IMG/VR virus record: IMGVR_UViG_3300020314_000022
Location: 1-30,339 of that record
Strand: one strand, 5' to 3'
Length of the DNA: 30,339 bases
From: a virus
Lineage: Duplodnaviria; Caudoviricetes
Made by a program: the position numbers and the translations under genes. The notes beneath the pieces were generated by a model. It had not been told where the DNA came from and did not search any database. It saw nothing but the letters and a program-made list of their open reading frames with translations. This document shows, one piece after another, positions 17,201 to 23,200 of the stretch; positions within the stretch are counted from its first letter, which is position 1, and the number at the start of each line of letters is the position of its first letter.

Positions 17201-18674
17201 TGAATTCAGTAAGAAGGGTTATGGATTTAAGCGTGGCGATAAGTTTACAGTAGCTGGTTTGTCTACTGATCCTAACGCTGGCGATGACTTCCAAGAATTC
17301 GAGATTGAGGTAGTTTCTGTCTTTACTGACCAGATCGCATCTTGGCAGTTTGGTAATATTGATTATATTGATAGTATTAAGTCCGAACAGGATGGCAGCA
17401 GAAAGAGATTCCCACTTTATTATGAAAGAAACCTGGTTAGTTTTGAAACAGATCTCAATGATTTAGACTCTAAGGAGATTGATCTTTCTACGGTTCTTCT
17501 TGTCTTTATCAATGGTGTCATCCAAGAACCTGGTAAGAATTATGATTTTACTGGTGGTTCTGTATTGGAGTTTACTACTGCTCCTACAGAAGAAGATAAT
17601 GTTGTCATCTTCTTCTACAGAGGAACTATTGGACAAGATAGTTTCATCTTTGATGTTAAAGAAAATGTCAAAGTTGGTGATAATCTGAAGATTAATAAGA
17701 GTACTGATGTTGAATTTAATAGAGTTCCACAAGATAGCAGAAGTGGTGCTCAAGAGCGTGAAAGAATTGTAACTAGAATTGATAGTGCTGCTACTCTGGA
17801 AACTCCCTTCTATCAGGGTGTTGGTATTAGTAATGATGTATTTAAACCAGTAACTTGGAATAAACAGAAGAGAGATTACATCATTGAAGGATCTTTAGTC
17901 ACCAAAGCTAGAGATTCTATTGAAGCTCTAATTATGCCTTATGCACATATTATCGGTGACTTTAGAGCTACCGATGCCGAAGTATTTGTTGATTCCACTG
18001 CATTGTTTAGGGGAACCACAGATGCTCTGTCAGCAGACGCTATGGGTCTATTTGCTTTTGCAGAAGTTGGTTTTGGCACAACTGCACAAACTGGAGTCAA
18101 TGCCGAAAACTTGACTGGTGTTCCTATTCTTAATGCAAATATCCAAGGTTACATTGGTGTTGTTACTGGCATTTCTACCTGTCCTGGTATTGGTACTGAC
18201 CTTGCATTGAAGATTGACTTTGATATTGCTGATCTTGTCAACAATACTGCCAATGTTTCTGGATTTGTGACTGACATGCCGTTCAAGCTGTATGGCACGG
18301 GCATCAATACGCTTGGTGCTGCTGTAACTAGCATCTTTGATCATGACAGCAGAATTGTTTCAATCAGCACTTTCTATGGTGATAACATTTACCAAACATC
18401 TGCTATCTCATTTAAGAATGGTGGTAGAAATGGAATCATTACTGCGAACATCGCATCTTATACTGATGTAAGTGATTTTGTTGGAATCGGATCCACAGCA
18501 GTTCCTTACTGTCACCTGACTTGGGGCAAATTCTCTGGATTCAGTCGAGAGGCTAATCCAGTATCGTTTGGAGTGTCTGGATTCACTTATACTGATGATC
18601 TTGATAACTATCCAATAGTTCAGCGTAGAGGCGTTGGTTTACGGGAGACTGGAGCCCTGCCGAAGCGGTTATAA
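5247..18674 (+). CDS. gp7: Giant baseplate wedge initiator gp7 (4475 aa) with many accessory repeat modules
   Basis: Located between gp6 and gp8. Contains N-terminal IPEF...NP.F..FLEQYY, the T4 gp7-like NFIKEARSLYESKGT..SF.ILFKALFG, and DNDYYQNMSYAIES..Y......NDIVHPAGFKNF. Also carries GxGY modules, HGL..GD modules and a YHYH-like segment. Confidence 0.88.
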   Translation: MIETYSPLSPRVKTYQTVSQTIPEFATAENPYFTKFLEQYYISQDFRGGPADIIENLDAYISLDNLTKDVIRGTSSLGSSITATDDTIVVDDTDGFPEKFGLLQINDEIITYTEKTQTSFIGCTRGFSGITSYRRRNDPSSLIYEDTTAAAHESGASVNNLSSLFLKEFYRKLKAIYAPGLEGVTLSPDLNVGNFIKEARSLYESKGTRASFVILFKALFGLEPKINDLEKYLIKPSFANYVRRKSISVEVLSGDVLKIAGETLFQDNDENNDKINAASGPISEVTQIRDNFYKLSLFTGFDERSLTDGTFVVAGRTKNVGKVGLGATVLTVDSTIGFSTAGTLQIGSSSDNFYQELNYTTKSVNQFYGVDTTTVEIPDNSTVSAPTVVYGYENGDLTKKVEMRVTGLISKFKSNQPLRNLNYGSDIRVRNLGRYFDSDAGTYESTFFNSWIYNTSTRFLIETASGSNFTIGGYVDPNSLNVGDTVDILRRRETTVVASDLKVTNINRITNSVTVSGNVGTLDPNFDHDLIRRQKKATSTIVPILGGDEQLLADINNAYISDESVSASGKREAFVASSSLPSYPINIDKVHAKLTNPTLALGNWQGFDSVENGYSIISFNNAVPFQTGDEIAYVPGAGTPGIGGIDQGKTYFVEVQSSNNKIKLFQSRSFIKANLPLYFSPPLSGNTGEHDFVLASQARRSIFPSRPVRRFVLEQDLTSGKELQTTSERTADGNTAMLVNGTEVLNYKGADVVYFGPLERLNILNSGQDYDAQNPPNIIITDENVSVANTAGAVAVVSGSVKNIFIDPSEFDIDKVTSIEIFGGNGSGAIARAFLEERFREVFFSGVSTNLGGNTRSFNDTIAFSNDHNFSDGEKVIYDSNGGANLGIGTTGPADATLSLFNGQVYFANVKSPKIISLHNNKNDAVTGVNSITFDENALIANTGVHFFRTAEQRTTIGKLIVEDPGEGYSNRHLAVKPAGINTANNWVYFERHGWKNGDIVNYTYDTTPVSGIDSSKQYKVLRLDENRFRLAEAGNKGDKVGILTNFLKHDNVIFETPGSGFQRFFSPEIKCNVNILTKDSQEKTLVATPVVRGEIVDILLYEPGRNYGSNIVSFNNSPNISIPFGSLGQIGLVISNGKISDAFVQNGGDGYTGPPDLEVVSVGATARGGILRSVVSGGKITDVKIISSGVGYADTTTSVSVLPVGENFKCEAAIRPIIVSTAFDLDQDEMAVLYPNNEGLAVNYVGYGKSFRESLGDDGSGHSPIIGWAYDGNPIYGPYGLEDPADVQSDVKRMVSSYEIVSSNIPNRPASSIFPFGYFVDDYVYTGSGDLDEHNGRFTKTPDFPQGIYAYFATVDNLNKPVYPFFVGDTYRSFAIPENNIQGVMQNQVEFDFEGSELTRNVTPYNLFGDGVEYDYVFQPYKLVNQVSNPDNLIVSSVEGFDIENPGEGYAVGENLIFDNTGTGGQGADAEVSRIFGPQINKVESDKVTLTNCPIVHTRDGVIFQNLPFHDFQANDVVEVTGVSTFVRNLEGYKKIAVTDYSTVAITTTYTGIVTDIHVRFIPPNVSIGDSVGIGTEIARLLDTFSRTRIGPFIRLERPTGVTTTTEFVGSAITYYQNKFTVPVETDPFESKFQETFYFNPKESVGVGTTVGLSTSVTVTVGPNTDTASLMSQNLYLGTHPLVNNQKITLNNNGNTAIQATRSVDPWVTPSAISGDFFVTRFSNESIGLKTTTSSDELFFVTNGDDSYTYSIVTQYKQETADATRSSITITTEKEHNLSEKDTLNLVVKPGFATGIGTSTMVDIRLLDGFVVVDPVEIPTSGVNTVTNVFNVERHNLQTGFKVLMYGASGVPTQVPGGLTQRPYYVLKIDDNNFQLTNTYSQLFTNPPEVVGVTSAGFNGQTVNPVNPPINVTRQNDIVFNLSDPSLLGSELKIFYDANNFNEYVGTGDTTNLQVIGVGTVGIATTNPLDTPRKTVTFDSSVTQTLFYAIEKGGYIVTSDNDVLANNQILYFNSGFTGNYTVTGIGSTTITANIAVTPERLSYFSDECDEIFYTTTSIGATGGIAKIRMQSGGINYAKLPGVTGVGSTGISAVINPTGDKVNLLDSVKIPTDVYGYPSDATLRPDAFLPRIVQVKNANKLVDAQVVFGGKQYLNAPSLVVFDKSTGEIVDSGLIVCELSDSAVNRVEVVVNPRGLTGNDYGLAPLQNSNGVGIIEAFSDVGFLTCKIQTPVLGYVNEPFAIGDEVFLEGVNFNNDGDGFNSGDYKFQNFIIEDYNTATNPRQVTFSYSGLTTNVGTGATVIQGFGQIVKAENLAKFTVTKQFSDFQLNEPLRRNNDLATDLVLDSIDTKTGILVISGSTNLEIDDKITGTNSGDLADVQVITGFDGYFDIDSTVTADLGWSDNVGKINDGNQFLPDNDYYQNMSYAIESEKTYEELVNYVNDIVHPAGFKNFANTQILSVGDAGESLEPADDAGGLVLDFVSDPLRVDSIYNFDRARDINATATVSKFIQLESNRLSDFILCKTNRVLLHDDISPEFVSNESNDLSDERTVASIIAGRNFSRYLIQTVHEAPDPKKNQYQLNEAVLITINKNTYFLQKSHMVNTNQVGLSTGLAQFFSVFDVNANQTQLRIKPYEPYDTDYDIKVMQQGFAAEVGSGIGTLGIVENISSNKIVSTGTTTNIIGIGTTTGFVAGLAHFVIVDKGTNHADYVELALQYDGADTYTTELASFNTRQSLGGLSAGKFMGTFTSYIENDVFKVDYIHDQTNNLDVRSKTITFNDNIGFGTTSVKHFNIPFTPEGTERSARIIVSAAATTGITTVVGINSTVDLSMKSTVHVAYGSTQTLHQIYVLSDPANQDTFLSQQPIAAIGTTTGVGTFGAGFENNQVLLKWYPDSNVSGMVSIKAYNEVLYKDLDPNGDVTGIGSFDYGKVFENVAQNTYLGINNRNIRSFELKYQGTPIYERAVNPASPLELNRENGTFSLKHFFSNAEEISYLADSNLVGIAASALRYYPRGSSVSAELPSTVFVIKQNNNQYNIATTIVEARAGLGITFEDPSGAGNKHRFTMEKRDSKSILAINGLVQKPLSFTSISYDLEVPVNGFVTAFVLSGLSTVVSGDLIRIDDEYNIVNTVGFGTTSVGPITGIGTWSLVEVERGAVGSAATDHAAGTLGRIYRGSFQIVNSNVHFTEAPLGGDLGQTDPSNLPYPRASFGGRTYLRQDYDTNQIFDDISDKFDGLENTFALSSAGAAVTGIGTTGGNGVLFVNSMFQAPFGFNNAGSYNFQIIEQTVGGIASVQFTGITSVGYTDLIIDEGDINENQLPRGGIIVSLASTPGRGYAAFAGARVKLEIGAGNSITGVVGVPTTGISYDIIDAQYDNKTGILTVSTLKSHGLRLEDQMKLDRLKFACPKNDVGTPSGVAYNPATGITTITFPSAHGLVNGDAISIDTDSLTFSCAMGTGNKTYPRSTDPINGEYLTISNVTTNTLRVNVGAAGTNVYWNPTGADYDPNVGIMTVTIGTHDLYVGKGVVIPDNSFTFTCAQNGNATNHTYPRATDPASGASLDVVAIGTVTANITAAQYDPTAGILTATSAGHNLMVGNRVQIQGNSLTFTCTKDGNATNHTYPRSTDQVNGKWVAVASTDANTFSIDVGASPVNERYDHTFIAAASGALVKQTGTIELNVGTGGTGTSAHTFVSAATSAVQSLPQSVHTFISATTNAIKTLNYQGITTSFFPDYEDSLPVTGIISARTFKTLVGPSTIPHNYVSGGTVAQYYALSFGSGYQTGLGTIGIAVTDYEYAHTFSSAGLGSITANTGSAYTATTASYASTTGNLILTIPNHGLTTSNTVAIATDSIGFKCSRDNYLGEHLYPRPTDPVAGIFTSINAVTTNTIAVNIGVGGGAGTGADISAVVGAGGTLIFTVNDGGSNYVNATALPPEPNGENMPIVGISRIGLGNTTTTGVGASISVQVLGVSTATGIGSTLFEVKEFEFSKKGYGFKRGDKFTVAGLSTDPNAGDDFQEFEIEVVSVFTDQIASWQFGNIDYIDSIKSEQDGSRKRFPLYYERNLVSFETDLNDLDSKEIDLSTVLLVFINGVIQEPGKNYDFTGGSVLEFTTAPTEEDNVVIFFYRGTIGQDSFIFDVKENVKVGDNLKINKSTDVEFNRVPQDSRSGAQERERIVTRIDSAATLETPFYQGVGISNDVFKPVTWNKQKRDYIIEGSLVTKARDSIEALIMPYAHIIGDFRATDAEVFVDSTALFRGTTDALSADAMGLFAFAEVGFGTTAQTGVNAENLTGVPILNANIQGYIGVVTGISTCPGIGTDLALKIDFDIADLVNNTANVSGFVTDMPFKLYGTGINTLGAAVTSIFDHDSRIVSISTFYGDNIYQTSAISFKNGGRNGIITANIASYTDVSDFVGIGSTAVPYCHLTWGKFSGFSREANPVSFGVSGFTYTDDLDNYPIVQRRGVGLRETGALPKRL
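15351..16930 (+). repeat. Five diverged protein-level repeats (Y.P.xG.LT.T..HxL..G...FxC....YPR.TD...HTF) within gp7
   Basis: YPRSTDP, YPRATDP, YPRSTDQ and YPRPTDP; FACP, FSCA, FTCA, FTCT and FKCS; HTFI, HTFV, HTFI and HTFS are all visible in the translation. Confidence 0.85.
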
Positions 18675-18677
18675 ATA
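18670..18677 (+). promoter_or_regulatory. T4 late promoter upstream of gp8
   Basis: Perfect TATAAATA overlapping the gp7 stop codon, 33 nt before ATG 18711. Confidence 0.8.
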
Positions 18678-18710
18678 GAAAAAAACCAGGATTCTTATTG
18701 CTTATTAATA

Positions 18711-20282
18711 ATGGCTGCAATCATTACCGACCAATTTAGGATTATTAATGCCAACAATTTTGTTGAATCCGTTATTAGTGGCGATAATTCCTACTACACA
18801 TTTCTGAGTCTAGCGAATCCTACAATTGCAGGATACGGTAGAACTAGTACTTGGAATAGTACGACTATTCAACCACCATCTCCAGTAGATAGTATCAGTT
18901 ACAGTAACCATGTATACGATACTATGCTATTTGGAAGAAAAGTTCTTCCTGGCGATGTTCGTAGACTAGTTCGTAAAACTCAGTGGACAAAAGGTACATC
19001 ATATGATATGTACCGACATGACTATGATACAAACAATAGATCTCTGGTTTCCAACTCTAGTAGATTATATTCTGCGAACTACTATGTAATGAATAAAGAC
19101 TTCCGAGTCTATATTTGTATTGATAATGGTGCAGCTGGTATTAACTCCATCGCGGGAGCATCACTGGATGAACCAACATTTACTGATTTGGAACCATCCG
19201 CTGCTGGGACGAGTGGTGACGGTTATCTATGGAAATACCTCTTTACTGTTCCTCCCGCTGATATCGTCAAATTTGACTCAACCGAATATGTAGCTGTGCC
19301 CAATCAATGGAGCACATCCACAGAAAATGAAATTAAGGTTGTTAGAGATAATGGAGACTCAACAGTAAATAATAATCAAATTAAAGTAGTTTCTATTGAT
19401 GAACAAGGTGCTGGTTATGCATTCTTAGCATCTCCGATTGAAGTCGATATCTTAGGAGACGGCACTGGCGGCAAAGTCAGAGTCCAGACAAATACAGCTG
19501 GACAAATTATTTCCGCAAAAGTAACTGCGGGTGGTCAAGGATATAGTTTTGGTAGAGTTGATCTGTCTTCTATTAACGGAACTGCTACTAAATTTGCAAG
19601 ACTGGCTCCAATCATTCCTCCTTCTAGAGGTCATGGATATGATCTTTATAAAGAGTTGGGTACAGATAAAGTTCTAATCTACACTAGATTTGATAATTCC
19701 AGTTATGACTTTATTTCAGATACAGTATTTGCTCAGGTAGGTCTTGTCAAAAACCCAGTATCAGCTGGTGCTGGTTCTACCGCTCTTTTGAATACCTCTG
19801 AGTTTACTGCTGCTAGTGCTTTGAAATTTACAGGAGATATTACACAGACTCTTGCGATTGGTAGTGAAATTACACAAAATGTACCTGGTGTAGGAACTGC
19901 AAGAGGGTATGTCGCATCATATGACACTTCTACTAAAGTAATTAAGTATTTCTCTGACAGAAATCTTTATTTGCATCCTGATAAGTATGATCAAACGGAC
20001 AATATTGGTGTTAACCTCGATGCCAAGGTTGTTCCTTTCACTGCAGGTGCTGATGCAGTTACCTCTGGATCATTTAGTGTAACCATTGATTCTGGATTTA
20101 CTGGTATCTCTACTGTTACTCCATCAGGTAAAGTTGTTGATCTAGGTGTGTCTTATACCAATGGTCTTGCTGGTCCTGAACTAAATAAGAGGACTGGCGA
20201 AATTATTTACCTAGACAATAGACCGTCTATTTCTAGAAATGAGCGTCAAAAAGAAGACATTAAAATTGTTTTAGAATTCTAA
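18711..20282 (+). CDS. gp8: Baseplate wedge subunit gp8
   Basis: MAAIITDQFRI.NA..F, W..G..YDMYRHDY, YYVMN.DFRVY.C..N, GDGYLWKYLFT and the C-terminal GEIIYLDNR..I.R...QKEDIKIVLEF are T4 gp8-family patterns. Confidence 0.93.
   Translation: MAAIITDQFRIINANNFVESVISGDNSYYTFLSLANPTIAGYGRTSTWNSTTIQPPSPVDSISYSNHVYDTMLFGRKVLPGDVRRLVRKTQWTKGTSYDMYRHDYDTNNRSLVSNSSRLYSANYYVMNKDFRVYICIDNGAAGINSIAGASLDEPTFTDLEPSAAGTSGDGYLWKYLFTVPPADIVKFDSTEYVAVPNQWSTSTENEIKVVRDNGDSTVNNNQIKVVSIDEQGAGYAFLASPIEVDILGDGTGGKVRVQTNTAGQIISAKVTAGGQGYSFGRVDLSSINGTATKFARLAPIIPPSRGHGYDLYKELGTDKVLIYTRFDNSSYDFISDTVFAQVGLVKNPVSAGAGSTALLNTSEFTAASALKFTGDITQTLAIGSEITQNVPGVGTARGYVASYDTSTKVIKYFSDRNLYLHPDKYDQTDNIGVNLDAKVVPFTAGADAVTSGSFSVTIDSGFTGISTVTPSGKVVDLGVSYTNGLAGPELNKRTGEIIYLDNRPSISRNERQKEDIKIVLEF
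20180..20187 (+). promoter_or_regulatory. Candidate internal late promoter (ACTAAATA) for the DUF4815/VrlC-like gene
   Basis: ACTAAATA inside the 3' end of gp8, ~100 nt before ATG 20287. Confidence 0.4.
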
Positions 20283-20286
20283 GAAG

Positions 20287-23200
20287 ATGCCACAACAGAC
20301 TAACTTAAATGTCAGCCCATATTATGACGACTTTGATCCCACAAAGGGGTATCACAGAGTTCTGTTCAAACCTGGGTTTCCTGTTCAGGCTAGGGAATTA
20401 TCGACATTGCAGTCGATTCTACAGAACCAAGTAGAATCTTTTGGAACGCATATGTTCAAAGAGGGATCCATGGTGGTCCCTGGTGGTGTTACATTTGACC
20501 CGCAATATTTTGCTGTTCAAATTAATCCTACGCACCTTGGTATTGATGTTGGCGTTTATGCCCAGTCTTTTGTTGGCACTAGAATCAGAGGTCAAAGCAC
20601 TGGAGTTACTGCTAAGGTTGTAAATTATATTACAGCAGCGCAATCTGATAAGGATTACGACACATTATATGTAAAATATATCAATTCAAGTAGCAGCGGC
20701 GATTTTTCTTTCTTTGATAATTCCGAAATTCTTATTGCTGAAGAACCTGTTACTTACGGAAATACAACAATCAACGCTGGTTCTACCTTTGCGTCTACAA
20801 TTAGTATTGATTCATGTCTTACTGGATCTGCAGCTTCGGTTGATGATGGTATCTACTTTATCAGAGGTCACTTTGTTAGAGTAAATAAGCAAACAATTAT
20901 TTTAGATCAGTACAATCCCGATCCATCTAAAAGAATTGGTCTTAGAGTTGTAGAGTCTACAGTATCTGCTAAGGCAGATGAAACTCTTTACGATAACGCA
21001 AAAGGTTTCTCAAACTTTGCAGCTCCTGGTGCAGATAGATTTAAAATTGAGTTAGAGTTGTTCACCAAAGATCTTGGTGAATTTGATGATACTGATTTCG
21101 TAGAAATTGTACGAGTCAAAGATGGCGAAACCTTTAATCTTAAGATAGATACTGAATACAATAGAATTAGAGATTATCTTGCAAAAAGAACATATGATGA
21201 GTCTGGAAACTATACTGTAGAATCCTTCAAGTGTGCTATTGCTGATTGCTTGAATGATAGAGAGGGTAATGAGGGTGTATATTTTGATGATCAAACCACA
21301 TTCGATGGTAACGAACCTGGTGAAGATCTAGCTTGTTTGAAGATTAGTTCTGGTAAAGCATATGTCTATGGATATGATGTAGATAAACCAAGTCCAACCA
21401 TCATTGATTTTGATAAACCAAGAGATGTTGAGGATGTTACTGGGTCTCAATTCATCTTTGAAATGGGCAACAAGTTTGTTGTCAATGATGTAGTTGGTGT
21501 TGCCACTCTTACAAATAGAATTGATTTATACAGTGGTCCTAACAATGGTGTAAGCCATCTGGCACCTGGCACCGCGACTAAGATTGGTGATGCAAAAATC
21601 TATAACTTTGGTCTGAAAGATTCCGCTTATGAGAATGACGGTACAGATTGGAATCTGTATTTGTATGATATCCAGACATATACTGAACTACAACTCAATG
21701 AGAATGTCAGTGCCACTGAAATGATTCTCTCTTCCTACATTGAAGGTGTAGAGAGTGGTGCATCTGGTTATGCTGTAGCTGCAGGTGCAGGTAGCAGCAC
21801 GATTAATATCACACAGGTCTCTGGCACCTTTATTGCAGGTGAAAAAGTAAAAATTAATGGTAGAGAAGATATCTCTAGAACTGTAGAGGGATCAACTCGC
21901 TATGGCATCAACGATGTCTATAGCTTTGATCAAGATCCTGGTAATTTTGATTGCCAGAAGAAACTGACGAAGAGACCAGTTGCCTCTATTGGAGACGCTG
22001 AAGTTAAGGTTGATCAATCTGACGGTAAGGTAACCTCAGGTTCTAATGTTGACTTTAGAGCTTTCAAACCTGGTGATGTTGTTATCTTTGAGGCACCTAA
22101 CACAAGAGCTGGTGTCAATACATCAGTTCTTACTAGAAATGTTGTTCGTGATGTTGAGGCAAATGGTGCATCGATGAGAGTCGGTGCCATGACAACGGTC
22201 TCTGATCTATTTGATGGCGGTGTTAAAAACTTTACTGGAAGAATTTTCAGAGGACAGCAAGATGTTTCTCTGGTCAATAGTTCTCTCATTGCTCCTATTC
22301 CCGATTCTCTCGTTGAGAATGTAGACTTTACAGATTCTACACTTCGCCTCAGTGCTCAGGTTAGGAACGAAACAACCAGTGCCACTGGTGTATTGGTTGT
22401 CTCAATTAGTTCTGTAGATCTTGATGATGTAGTATTTGTACCGTTTGATCAAGAAGATTATCAAGTAGTTTACAGCAACGGAACTATTGCGACTATTGAT
22501 TCGTCTCAAGTCACAATTACCAATGGAACTCAACTTACTATTACAGGTCTCGCGTTTAGTCAGAGTAATGTAACAGTAAATGTTGTAGTTGAAAAGCAGG
22601 TAATTAAGAACAAGGTAAAAGATTATATTAGATGCACTCAAACTGCTATCACTAGATCAACTAATCTTAGATCTGGTGTTGGTATTCAAACCAGTGTTAA
22701 TGATGGTTTGAACCATAGTAATTTGTATGGTATTAGAGTTCAAGATAGAGAAATTTGTCTTAACTATCCTGATGTTGCTAATATCGTAGCAGTATATGAA
22801 TCTCTTGATCTCAACGCTCCTATCTTAGATAAACTTACATTTACATCTACTGACGATATCTTTAACACAGCTATTGTTGGTGAGTTAATCTTTGGCGAAA
22901 CTAGCAAGGCACTTGCCACTGTAGTTTCTATTGATTCTGGAAGTAATCAAATCAGTGTTGTTTACAAGAACAATGACAGATTTAATGTTCTAGAGAATCT
23001 GACATTTAGAGAGTCGAACACATCTGCTGTATGTCAAGCTCTTACTCCTGGTAAGTACAGAAATATCACATCTAACTATATTCTTGATAAGGGTCAAGAA
23101 AATCAATATTATGACTATTCTAGAATTACCAAAAACTCTGGGGGATATACTCCTTCCAAGCAGTTACTGATCATCTTCAATAGATTTGAAGTTCCAGCGT

